Shown here: positions 27,580-36,097 of the stretch, one piece after another
Numbering within the stretch: position 1 is the first letter of the stretch
Layout: each line of letters begins with the position of its first letter
Assembly: GCA_017633495.1 (NCBI GenBank)
Contig: JAGBPE010000112.1
Span: 1 to 47,669, forward strand
Reading direction: 5' to 3'
Origin: Bacteroidales bacterium
GTDB lineage: Bacteria; Bacteroidota; Bacteroidia; Bacteroidales; WCHB1-69
Length of the DNA stretch: 47,669 bases
Made by a program: the position numbers and the translations under genes
Notes under the pieces: model-generated
The model's database searches: none
Seen by the model: only the letters and a program-made list of their open reading frames with translations
What the model was told of the DNA's origin: nothing

Positions 27580-29023
27580 GTCGTTTTTTGGCAAATGGTT
27601 TAATATTTTTGAGTCTATCTACAAATTTTGCGTAAGTGTCGGGCGACAGCACCGCGGTGTCCATTGTCGCGTGATAGGTCAGGAACACGCAGAGTGGCAG
27701 CAAGATAAAGGACGACAGCCAGGTGCCGAACCAAACCGGCATAACACTGCCTTTCGCGATTTTTTCCCCGATGACGGAGAGTGCGAAATAGATGACGAAA
27801 AAGAGCACCGTGAGCACCAGCGGAACGGCAATACCGCCTTTGCGGATGATGGATCCCAACGGGGCACCGATGAAGAAGAAGAGCAGGCATGCCACCGCCA
27901 GACGGTATTTGCGCTGCAGTTCAATCTGGAAGTTCCACATATTGGAGGTGCGATAGGCCGCGTCCGTGTAGTTGAATTGCATTGAGAAGATGAACGAGCG
28001 GGAGGAATTTTCGGCATTGTTCAACACACGATTCCGAAGGTCTGAAGGCATATCGGTGAGTAACAGCTGCTTAGATGCCTCTTGTGTTTTGAACTGCTCG
28101 TTTTCTCTCACAAAGCTGTTGTAAAAGTAGAGGTTGTTGAAGAAAACATTGGCGGTGTTTTCCTCGATTTCCTGAATCTGCACCCTCATAGTGTCGATTT
28201 GCTCTTTCAGCTGCTTGTTGGTCATGGCAGAGGAGTGTCCCTCGAAAAGACTTGCATCTGCTTGGCTCAGAGAGAAATCGGACATGTCGAAACGTTTGTA
28301 CTGTTTGTCGAAGGTGGCGCGCATCAGCGGCATTTGTACCCGCTTGCCGCGACTCACCCCCATGGAGGAGGTTTCGTCCCAGTAGGAGCCGTTTCGTAAC
28401 GTGAAAAGCAGATAGTGTTTGTCTTCCGTCACTGTCATAGAGCCTGATTCAGCGTAAGTTACGCAGGTGTTGCCCTGTCGTTTGGAATGGTCATAGATGA
28501 GGATATCCTTCACCGTTTCTCCGTCGGGCATCTTCTTACCCACCAGAATGGAGTAGTTGTCGAACCCATCGTAGAAAACGCCCTCTTCAATGTTGAGAGC
28601 CGGTTTCTGCTCTTGGATGTCGAACAATAACATCCTGAGTTTCAGTGTGGCACGTGGTATTACTTGGTCGGATACGAGGAAGGAGCAGATGGTGATAATC
28701 ACGGTCAGAAACGCCAACGGGGTCATCATTTGGCGTGTGGAGATGCCTGCCGACTTCAGGGCTACGATTTCGTAGCGTTCGCCCATGTTGCCGAAAGTCA
28801 TCAGCGAGGCCAGCATCACCGCCAGCGGGAAAGCCAAAGAAGAGAGTGAAACCGCCGCAAAGAACAACAGTTTCAGCATCACAGTCAACTCCAGACCTTT
28901 GCCCACAAGCTCATCTACCCATTTCCACACGAACTGCATCAGCAGCACAAACAATGCCACGAAGAAGGTCAGGAAAAAGGGACCGAGAAAGTTCTTACAA
29001 AGGTATCTGTTGACGATTTTCAC
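27554..29023 (-). CDS. LptF/LptG-family (YjgP/YjgQ) permease
   Basis: N-terminus IVNRYLCKNFLGPFFLTFFVALFVLLMQFVW. 6 TM helices with a large periplasmic insert. The start is a GTG, 11 nt after the upstream stop. Confidence 0.85.
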   Translation of the reverse strand: MKIVNRYLCKNFLGPFFLTFFVALFVLLMQFVWKWVDELVGKGLELTVMLKLLFFAAVSLSSLAFPLAVMLASLMTFGNMGERYEIVALKSAGISTRQMMTPLAFLTVIITICSFLVSDQVIPRATLKLRMLLFDIQEQKPALNIEEGVFYDGFDNYSILVGKKMPDGETVKDILIYDHSKRQGNTCVTYAESGSMTVTEDKHYLLFTLRNGSYWDETSSMGVSRGKRVQMPLMRATFDKQYKRFDMSDFSLSQADASLFEGHSSAMTNKQLKEQIDTMRVQIQEIEENTANVFFNNLYFYNSFVRENEQFKTQEASKQLLLTDMPSDLRNRVLNNAENSSRSFIFSMQFNYTDAAYRTSNMWNFQIELQRKYRLAVACLLFFFIGAPLGSIIRKGGIAVPLVLTVLFFVIYFALSVIGEKIAKGSVMPVWFGTWLSSFILLPLCVFLTYHATMDTAVLSPDTYAKFVDRLKNIKPFAKKRHEDSSTLS

Positions 29024-29034
29024 GGGGAGAACTA

Positions 29035-29877
29035 TTAGTAATCTCCCAGAGTTTCAGGGAGTTGAGCTAAAGCAGCAGCGGCCTGCTCGTCGTTGGGCGG
29101 CGTACCGTGCCATTTATGAGTGCCCATCATGAAATCGACACCCTGACCCATTTCGGTCTTCATCAGGATGACGATGGGCTTTTGGTTGCCAGCAAGAGTC
29201 TTGGCCAGTTTCAGCGTCTGGAGGCAGCTCTTGATATCGTTGCCGTTCATGTCGAGCACCAACCATTGGAAAGCCTCGAATTTGGCGCGCAAGTTGCCGA
29301 GATTCATCACGGCATCAGTGCTACCGTCGATTTGCTTTTTGTTATAGTCAACTGTAACGATAAGATTGTCAACGTGTTTTGCACCTGCAAACATGATAGC
29401 TTCCCAGTTTTGGCCCTCTTCCAGCTCACCGTCACCGGTGAGGGTGTAGACCAGGTGTTTGTCTTGGTTGGCCTTCTTAGCGAGTGCCGCACCAATGGAG
29501 ACAGAGAGTCCTTGACCGAGAGAACCGGAAGCCACGCGGATGCCGGGAAGTCCCTCCACAGGTGTGGGGTGTCCTTGCAAACGGGTACCCAATTTGCGGA
29601 AGGTGGCCAGCTCAGAAACGGGGAAGTAGCCTCTGCGAGCCATCACACTGTAAAGCACCGGGCTGATGTGGCCGTTGGAAAGGAAGAACATGTCCTCGCC
29701 TTTGCCGTCAATCGTAAAATGCTCGGGGTCGATCTCCATTACATCGAAGTAGAGGGTGGTGAGGAAGTCGGCGCAACCCAGTGAACCGCCCGGATGACCT
29801 GATTTTGCCCCATGAACCATGCGGATAATGTCTCTGCGCACTTGTGCCGCAGTATCTTGTAATTTGTTGATTTCCAT
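29035..29877 (-). CDS. Transketolase, N-terminal (TPP-binding) subunit
   Basis: 280 aa with SGHPGGSLG, GDGELEEGQNWEA and WHG. There is no Pyr/C-terminal subunit gene adjacent. Confidence 0.88.
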   Translation of the reverse strand: MEINKLQDTAAQVRRDIIRMVHGAKSGHPGGSLGCADFLTTLYFDVMEIDPEHFTIDGKGEDMFFLSNGHISPVLYSVMARRGYFPVSELATFRKLGTRLQGHPTPVEGLPGIRVASGSLGQGLSVSIGAALAKKANQDKHLVYTLTGDGELEEGQNWEAIMFAGAKHVDNLIVTVDYNKKQIDGSTDAVMNLGNLRAKFEAFQWLVLDMNGNDIKSCLQTLKLAKTLAGNQKPIVILMKTEMGQGVDFMMGTHKWHGTPPNDEQAAAALAQLPETLGDY

Positions 29878-29938
29878 AATGATATATTGTTGTTTAAATA
29901 TTCAGATATTTAATATGTTCCTATTTTTAAACTTGCGG

Positions 29939-29946
29939 CAAAGGTA
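29939..29946 (-). promoter_or_regulatory. -7 box TACCTTTG for the tktN-lptF/G-GT4-dxs string
   Basis: Lies 62 nt upstream of the ATG at 29877. Confidence 0.45.
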
Positions 29947-29995
29947 CATAATATTCCCGAAAAAAACGCAATACAGTTGTGAGAATTTTTCCGTC

Positions 29996-30023
29996 GTAGA
30001 GACGCGATAAATCGCGTCTCTAC
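29996..30023. repeat. 28-bp palindromic element, core type B (GTAGAGACGCGATAAATCGCGTCTCTAC)
   Basis: Read directly from the sequence. Its right arm contains the ruvC TAG stop (30020-30022). Confidence 0.9.
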
Positions 30024-30586
30024 TTCACCACGCGGTCTGCGTTTTGCGCGATGAAACTTTTCCAGTTGTTGGCGGTGGATTTTCCGAAGACTACCTTGTG
30101 CTGCAAATGATGGCAAACAGCTACAGCCAATGCATCCGTAGCGTCCAGATACTCAATGTGTTCTGAAATGGGGTACATGTGACAGAGCATGGCGGAAACC
30201 TGCTCCTTGGAAGCATTGCCGTTGCCCGTGATTGACTGCTTGATCTTGCGCGGCGAGTACTCATACACCTCCATGCCGGCGTGCAAGGAGGCCGCAATCA
30301 CAACGCCTTGCGCACGACCTAACTTTAACATCGACTGCACGTTTTTTCCGTAGAAAGGCGCTTCAATAGCCAGAATGTCAGGATGATACTGCTCGATCAG
30401 CCCGTTGATTTTTTCGTAAATGTATTTCAGCTTGGAGTAGGCATCCGGCAGTTTCTTCATCTGCAACACACTGAGCACCTCCACGTTGGATTTGTTCAAC
30501 TCGGTCTCCAACAAGGCATACCCCATGATATTGGTGCCCGGGTCCACCCCTAAAATCCTACGTTTTATCGTATGGTCATCCATCAT
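30020..30586 (-). CDS. ruvC: Crossover junction endodeoxyribonuclease RuvC
   Basis: ILGVDPGTNIMGYALLE, EAPFYGKNVQS and ATDALAVAVCH. Confidence 0.93.
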   Translation of the reverse strand: MMDDHTIKRRILGVDPGTNIMGYALLETELNKSNVEVLSVLQMKKLPDAYSKLKYIYEKINGLIEQYHPDILAIEAPFYGKNVQSMLKLGRAQGVVIAASLHAGMEVYEYSPRKIKQSITGNGNASKEQVSAMLCHMYPISEHIEYLDATDALAVAVCHHLQHKVVFGKSTANNWKSFIAQNADRVVK

Positions 30587-30610
30587 ATTTTGACTATAAG
30601 ACTTTAACCC

Positions 30611-31039
30611 TTAACCTTTCTGAAAAAAGAAACTGTTCTTTTCGTAATCAATGACAGCCTTATGTATTACACAGAAATCGTTGCCCAAAATCATCTGCAC
30701 GGGTTTCTGTTTCAACGTTTGGTAAGCAGTGTTGATGTGCGTGAAATCAATCACTGCCACATTTTCCAAAAGTTTCTGGTGGAAACGGCCGAGTTTGAAA
30801 TCGGGAAGATCTGCCACCAGCACTTCGAAGCCAGAACCGCCGATTCCCGCGTTCACGCCCTCGTTGGCCTCCATCTGCAATTCTGGAAGTATTTGATTCA
30901 CAAACTGTTTGTCAACGCAACTGTGCGATGCGCCCGTGTCCAGCACAATGCGGATTTTCACCCCCGCCACCGATCCATTCAACAGAGTGTGATAATCACC
31001 TTTTTCCAGTTCAACTATTTTCAACGAAGACTTATACAT
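30611..31039 (-). CDS. Retropepsin-like (clan AA) aspartic protease domain protein
   Basis: 142 aa with catalytic VLDTGASHS and a C-terminal ILGNDF flap/dimer motif. Confidence 0.75.
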   Translation of the reverse strand: MYKSSLKIVELEKGDYHTLLNGSVAGVKIRIVLDTGASHSCVDKQFVNQILPELQMEANEGVNAGIGGSGFEVLVADLPDFKLGRFHQKLLENVAVIDFTHINTAYQTLKQKPVQMILGNDFCVIHKAVIDYEKNSFFFQKG

Positions 31040-31040
31040 T

Positions 31041-31095
31041 GGCTTTTAGCTATTGGCTCCAAACTAATAACTGCTAACTACTAACTACTAACTAA
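31041..31095. repeat. Heptad tandem repeat; on the transcribed strand TTAGTTAG-TAGTTAG-TAGTTAG-CAGTTAT-TAGTTTG-GAGCCAA-TAGCTAA
   Basis: Fills the entire spacer from the corA stop (31096-31098) to the aspartic-protease start (31039). Confidence 0.85.
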
Positions 31096-32007
31096 TTACA
31101 GCCAGTGCTTCTTGATGAAAAATACAATCAAAATCACCGAAATTAGCAAACAGATTCCGATTACATAAAGGAAAGCAAATGGGGAGTTTGCCATAGGCAA
31201 CCCGACGTTCATTCCGTAAAGTCCTGATATGAAGGTTAATGGCAGAATTATTGTGGAGATAATCGTAAGCATGCGCATGATTTCGTTGGTCTTATTGGCC
31301 TGCAACGAATCGAAGGTGCTCGACAAACCTGCCACCAATTCGCCGTAGTCGTCCACCATATCCCACATCTTCTGGTAGAAGTCCAAAATGTTGCCCCAGT
31401 ACTCTTCCATGTCATCGGCGAACCCTTTCACTTCACCGCTCTCAAACATCTTGAACAGACGGAGTTGTGGTTTGAACTGAGTGTTCATCTGGATGATGTT
31501 TTTACGGATGATGGAGATCTGTTCAATGATCTTCTCCGACTTGCTGCTGAACAGTTCGCGGCTGATGAAGTCAATCTGTGTGCCGAGCCGCTCCACGATG
31601 AGGAAGGTTTCTTTCATCATCCGATAGAGAATGTGGTAGAGCATGGCGTCGGAGGTGCCGCTGATTTCGTCCTCGTCTTCAGGTTCAGGGTCGATTTTCT
31701 TCAAATTGAAGAGTTCTTGCACGACATAATGCGAATTGCCGACGGTGATGAGGTAATCCTGACCCCAGAAAATTTTGGTCTCCTCGGTTTTCACCAAATT
31801 GGTACGCTGGTCAAGCAACGGAAAATGAAGCACCAGGAAGAAATAGTCGTCGTAAATATCGATTTTGGGGCGTTGTACAAAGCTGGAGCAGTCTTCTATG
31901 TCCAAGGGGTGGAAATGGAAGTTATCTCGTAAGAAATCCAAATCTTCTACAGTCGGATTGGTGATATGATGCCACTTGTATGCACCGAAATTAATGGTGT
32001 CAACCAT
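31096..32007 (-). CDS. corA: CorA-family magnesium/cobalt transporter
   Basis: YGMNV signature (LYGMNVGLP) between two C-terminal TM helices. Confidence 0.9.
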   Translation of the reverse strand: MVDTINFGAYKWHHITNPTVEDLDFLRDNFHFHPLDIEDCSSFVQRPKIDIYDDYFFLVLHFPLLDQRTNLVKTEETKIFWGQDYLITVGNSHYVVQELFNLKKIDPEPEDEDEISGTSDAMLYHILYRMMKETFLIVERLGTQIDFISRELFSSKSEKIIEQISIIRKNIIQMNTQFKPQLRLFKMFESGEVKGFADDMEEYWGNILDFYQKMWDMVDDYGELVAGLSSTFDSLQANKTNEIMRMLTIISTIILPLTFISGLYGMNVGLPMANSPFAFLYVIGICLLISVILIVFFIKKHWL

Positions 32008-32078
32008 AAGATAACCTCCTTTCTTTTAATGGGTTAGAAAATCTATACTACATCTTTGCGCAAAATTTTTACAGCCTG

Positions 32079-32086
32079 CAAAGATA
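32079..32086 (-). promoter_or_regulatory. -7 box TATCTTTG for the corA-protease-ruvC string
   Basis: Lies 72 nt upstream of the ATG at 32007. It is embedded in a 22-nt block identical to the typA promoter block. Confidence 0.45.
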
Positions 32087-32146
32087 CACTTTTTTTAAGC
32101 GGTTTTCGAAACTTGTTATTGAGATTTTGCCGCATTTAAAAAAATG

Positions 32147-32154
32147 TATTTTTG
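32147..32154 (+). promoter_or_regulatory. -7 box TATTTTTG for the small OM beta-barrel gene
   Basis: Lies 39 nt upstream of the ATG at 32193. Confidence 0.5.
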
Positions 32155-32192
32155 CGCCGTTTTTGATTCATCACAAATAAAATTGTAAGAGT

Positions 32193-32753
32193 ATGAGAAA
32201 CAATGTTTTAAGAACAATCGTTGTGTTAAGCATCGCTGCTTTCTGTGGTTTGGGTTCCCTCTCCGCTCAAGAACAGCAAAACAAGAAAATCGCCTACAAC
32301 TTCATTAATGAATACGGCTTCTTCATTGGCAAGAATGTGGGCTGGACGGGTGTGTTCGTCAATGGTGTCTCTTTTAATCAGAACGATGTTATCGGTGTTG
32401 GCCTCGGTTATGGTCTGAATACCGCCTCTTTCCAAGAGGTGCCTCTTTTCCTCAACTACCGTCACTATTTTGACAGAGGCAAGACTTTGAAACCCCTCAT
32501 CAACGTGGCTGCTGGTGTCGGTTTCCATTTCTGGACGGACGAAATAGGAACTCCTGTGTACGATCCATACGGCTATGTCAGTTACTATAATTATGAGGAT
32601 GTAAGCAAGCAGGGTGTGGGTTTGTACGCTACCATTTCCGGCGGTTTCCGCGTGAAGGCACTCTCCTTCACTGGCGGTTTCTTCTTCAGAACCTTCCCGA
32701 GCCAGCCGGGTTTCAACGGCGGTATTGAAGCCAAGATCGGCTACACCTTCTAA
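32193..32753 (+). CDS. Small outer-membrane beta-barrel protein (hypothetical)
   Basis: Signal peptide, alternating aromatic/Gly beta-strand pattern, and a terminal ..KIGYTF beta-signal. Confidence 0.65.
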   Translation: MRNNVLRTIVVLSIAAFCGLGSLSAQEQQNKKIAYNFINEYGFFIGKNVGWTGVFVNGVSFNQNDVIGVGLGYGLNTASFQEVPLFLNYRHYFDRGKTLKPLINVAAGVGFHFWTDEIGTPVYDPYGYVSYYNYEDVSKQGVGLYATISGGFRVKALSFTGGFFFRTFPSQPGFNGGIEAKIGYTF

Positions 32754-33751
32754 TGATTCGATTGAACGGATATCTTTCCGTGTAACAGTACTTTAAAGAT
32801 CCCCTCCCAGTAGCCAAAACCATAACTGCAATGTATGGCGGCGAAGACGATGGGCATCCACAAAATGTCGGACAGACGACGGGTACACCGCACGCCAGCC
32901 AAAAGACCAATGAGAATGTAAAGTACTATCACTGAGAAGTATATCCACATCACTATAGGGCTGAAAAAGCTGAGCAACCCTCCGATGACAATTCCTGCCA
33001 AGAACAAAGGCGGGAAGAATTGCCGGAGGGTTGTTGGTTTTTGCAACTTTTTGTTTACCAACGGCTTGAAAAGTCCATACTGATAGAACATCTTGGCCGT
33101 CTTGCTGATGGAATCGCGGGCATAATAGTCGACCACCACCTGCGGCAACAGCAGAATCTTGCCACCATTTTGGATAATCCGGCCATTGAACTCATCATCT
33201 TGGTTACGTACCAACTCCTCATCGAAAAAGCCGATTTTCTCGAACAGGTCTCTGTGGAAACAGCCGAAAGGCACTGTGTCGACCCACATTTCATGGTCCA
33301 CACCAACTCGGAAGTGGGAGTTGCCCATGCCGAACGAGGAACTCATCGCATGCGCAATGGCTCTGCAAATTGAGGTGTCCTTAGCAGGCAAAGTGTTGCA
33401 TACCCCGCCGACATTGTCTGCGTCGCTGTTTTGCAACTTGCTGACTAACACGGTGAAATAGTCCGTCGGGTACTTTGAATGGGCATCCAAACGCACGATA
33501 ATGTCTCCTTGTGCGGCTCGGATGCCGGTGTTCAAGGCGACCGGTGCCGTGTGTTTCGGATTGTCCAACAGTCGGATAAACGGGTACTGCCGACTGTACT
33601 CCATGACAATGTCGCGCGTGCGGTCGGTACTCATGCCATCCACGAACAACACCTCCATCTCCTCTTTCGGATAATCCTGATTGACAATGGATTGGATGCA
33701 GGCCTCAATGCGGCTCTCTTCATTATAAATGGGGCAAATGACGGAAATCAT
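32750..33751 (-). CDS. Glycosyltransferase family 2 with C-terminal TM helices (ExoA-like)
   Basis: Start placed at MISVICPIYNEE (ATG at 33751). Motifs: VDGMSTD, RLDAHS, GMGNSHFR. The track ORF reaching 33856 overlaps the upstream gene. Confidence 0.85.
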   Translation of the reverse strand: MISVICPIYNEESRIEACIQSIVNQDYPKEEMEVLFVDGMSTDRTRDIVMEYSRQYPFIRLLDNPKHTAPVALNTGIRAAQGDIIVRLDAHSKYPTDYFTVLVSKLQNSDADNVGGVCNTLPAKDTSICRAIAHAMSSSFGMGNSHFRVGVDHEMWVDTVPFGCFHRDLFEKIGFFDEELVRNQDDEFNGRIIQNGGKILLLPQVVVDYYARDSISKTAKMFYQYGLFKPLVNKKLQKPTTLRQFFPPLFLAGIVIGGLLSFFSPIVMWIYFSVIVLYILIGLLAGVRCTRRLSDILWMPIVFAAIHCSYGFGYWEGIFKVLLHGKISVQSNH

Positions 33752-33793
33752 AGTAAAATTAGTAATTAGAAATGAGTAATTAGTAATTGGTGA
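33752..33793. repeat. Heptad tandem repeat (plus strand AGTAAAA-TTAGTAA-TTAGAAA-TGAGTAA-TTAGTAA-TTGGTGA)
   Basis: Spans from the GT2 start (33751) across the stop codon of the fusion gene (33780-33782) into its last codons. Confidence 0.85.
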
Positions 33794-36068
33794 TTTGAAT
33801 GTTGGGGTAGAGGGATATGTATTTTTGCGCGATGCTGGACCAGCGGAACGTCTCAAAAGTGCTGACTGGAAGTGTCTCGTAATGGTCTGATTGACTGAGC
33901 AATTTCTCCAATTTTTCGTGTATATCGTTGTTGTTCAATGGGTTGACGCTTTCGCCGATCTGTTCGGGGAACATGCCGTCAATGGCCTCGCCGCGACTCC
34001 ACATCACCGACAATCCTTGTGACATCGCTTCCACATAAACCAGTCCGAATGTTTCTGATTTTGAGGGCATTACGAAGATATTATTGGCACGATAGAGCTT
34101 TTTCATCTCCTCCAAATCGGTGATTTTGCCGTGGTAGGTAATCCAGTCACGACGGGCATTCATCATTTCCTGCACCTGCTTTTCGTTGTCGCCGCCATCG
34201 CCTGCCACATCGAAGTGGAGGTCGGGGAACTGGCTGCGCAACGACTCCATCACATGAATCAGTCGTGGCAGATTTTTGTTGCGGTTGAAGATACCCGCAT
34301 ACATCACATTATGCGGATTCTCTTGGTTTTTCTCAGCATGTAAGTTGTTGATCCAAAATTCGTTGATGCCATTAGGTAGCACCATGGACTTCTCTCCTAC
34401 TTCCTCCTTCATCCCTATCAAAGTCGGATGTTTGAGCAGACGCTGGCGCAATGCAGGGGCGATGAAAATCACCTTGTCGGCATATTCCATTACGCCACGA
34501 TGCACCCACCAGAGATGCGGCATGTAGCGCAGGAACGCGTTTACGTCGCAGTTGCGAACGGCCACGATGTAGGGGATGCCATGACGACGGCAGAGTTCCA
34601 TAGCCACCATGCCGTCGCTGAAGAGCGTTGTGGCGTGACAGCAGGAAATCTCACTCAAATCCACCGTTTTCTCGATTTCGCGAACGGTGCGGTCGATTTT
34701 ATGGAAGAAGAAGAGTTTGTGCAGCGGTTTCAGGATGTGAGCGTACAGAATGGTAGTGTGTTTGCCTTCGAAAAGGTGGTTTTCAGGAGTGGACTTTTGC
34801 ACGGGCGAGAAGACGATTTGATTGACGCCGGCGTTATCCAACTCTTGGTATAAATTCGAATGTACTTTGCTGTAAAAGAAGTCGTTGCAAATGTGGAGCA
34901 CCTTGCCGCCTTGTTTCGGTTGCTGATGGCTCTGCATGCCGTCGGGGCGAAGCGAGAATCCCAATAACAGAAAAGCGAGCATCTGCACCAGTCCAGGACC
35001 GTAAGGGAAGTTGGGCTCTGCGAAGCTGATGAGCAACGGGACGCAGCACACGATCCAACCTACTTGTCGAATGTTGGATTTCCGTGATTTGAAAACTTCT
35101 ATCAACGTGCTGATTCCAAAGTAGATATAGAACAATAACAGCGGGATGGCGAAATAGCTGTATCGCGCTAAACGTAGCAACGGATAGTTGTGGATGAACG
35201 GAATTTTCATCGGATTTTTGAGCTCCTCCATCGAATGGTGGTGCATGATGATGTCCATGCCCTTTTGGTTGCGCGCCCATCGACGGGTAGTGAGGTCGTT
35301 GATGCCGCTTCCGCTCTTGCCGCCGTGCATGAAGGTGTTGAGCTCGTCGCTGATGAACCCGTTGTAGATGATATAGCCAATCAGGATGATGCTCAGAATG
35401 GTCAACACCGTCTTCACATTCCATTTGATGTTGAAGTCGGCCTCTTTTGCTGTGATCAGCAACATCATGGCTATCAGCGCGAAACAGTCGGCGCGGGCAC
35501 GAATGAGCACGATAGAGAGCAAAGCCAAGAACGAGACCACCAAGAAGGGGACGCGCTCCTCTTTGAGTTTCATTCCGAAATAGAAACAGGCAGTTGCACC
35601 GATAGCCACCATGGCACCAACCTGGTTCTTTCCTTCGTCAAACATGTAGTGCTCAGGAACATAGAGACCGCCGGCATAGAAGAAGCAGTTGCAGAGCGTA
35701 ACCGCAATCATCAATACGGTGTAGCTGTAGCTGATGTTCGCCCACTCGCGCTCGTTCCAGTCCAACCCCGCACCAATCGACAGCGTGATCATCGCAATGA
35801 CAAGCTGTACAATGTCTGATGATCGGACAGGTATAATGAAGAAAATCAGCACCATACATACGATGGTGAGCAACAGTAGCCGCACAAAGCGCATGGACAT
35901 GAAACGGGTTAACGAGAAGGTCAGCACAAAAGCTGCTGCCGTCATCGCCATGATGGCGTACCGCATGATGTAGTAGATGGGAGTCAGATAAATCCACGGC
36001 AGAAACATCAGTGTGGAAAGACACAATATCGTGGCTACCAGTATTTTTGCGATTTTCTGTTTTTTCAT
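33780..36068 (-). CDS. Fusion protein: N-terminal polytopic O-antigen polymerase/ligase-like (Wzy-like) domain plus C-terminal GT4 glycosyltransferase
   Basis: About 390 aa with around 10 TM helices, then VLHICNDFF.. and the EX7E motif (SETFGLVYVEAMSQG). Start placed at the ATG at 36068; the track start at 36083 is a TTG. Confidence 0.75.
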   Translation of the reverse strand: MKKQKIAKILVATILCLSTLMFLPWIYLTPIYYIMRYAIMAMTAAAFVLTFSLTRFMSMRFVRLLLLTIVCMVLIFFIIPVRSSDIVQLVIAMITLSIGAGLDWNEREWANISYSYTVLMIAVTLCNCFFYAGGLYVPEHYMFDEGKNQVGAMVAIGATACFYFGMKLKEERVPFLVVSFLALLSIVLIRARADCFALIAMMLLITAKEADFNIKWNVKTVLTILSIILIGYIIYNGFISDELNTFMHGGKSGSGINDLTTRRWARNQKGMDIIMHHHSMEELKNPMKIPFIHNYPLLRLARYSYFAIPLLLFYIYFGISTLIEVFKSRKSNIRQVGWIVCCVPLLISFAEPNFPYGPGLVQMLAFLLLGFSLRPDGMQSHQQPKQGGKVLHICNDFFYSKVHSNLYQELDNAGVNQIVFSPVQKSTPENHLFEGKHTTILYAHILKPLHKLFFFHKIDRTVREIEKTVDLSEISCCHATTLFSDGMVAMELCRRHGIPYIVAVRNCDVNAFLRYMPHLWWVHRGVMEYADKVIFIAPALRQRLLKHPTLIGMKEEVGEKSMVLPNGINEFWINNLHAEKNQENPHNVMYAGIFNRNKNLPRLIHVMESLRSQFPDLHFDVAGDGGDNEKQVQEMMNARRDWITYHGKITDLEEMKKLYRANNIFVMPSKSETFGLVYVEAMSQGLSVMWSRGEAIDGMFPEQIGESVNPLNNNDIHEKLEKLLSQSDHYETLPVSTFETFRWSSIAQKYISLYPNIQITNY

Positions 36069-36097
36069 TTTCAATTCTTTCAATTGTATAACCCCAA

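Noticed and set aside
30602-30616. GGTTAAG-GGTTAAA at the aspartic-protease stop, considered as another heptad tract.
   Set aside because: It has only two clear units, too short to separate from chance. It is noted under the protease finding but not called as a repeat feature.
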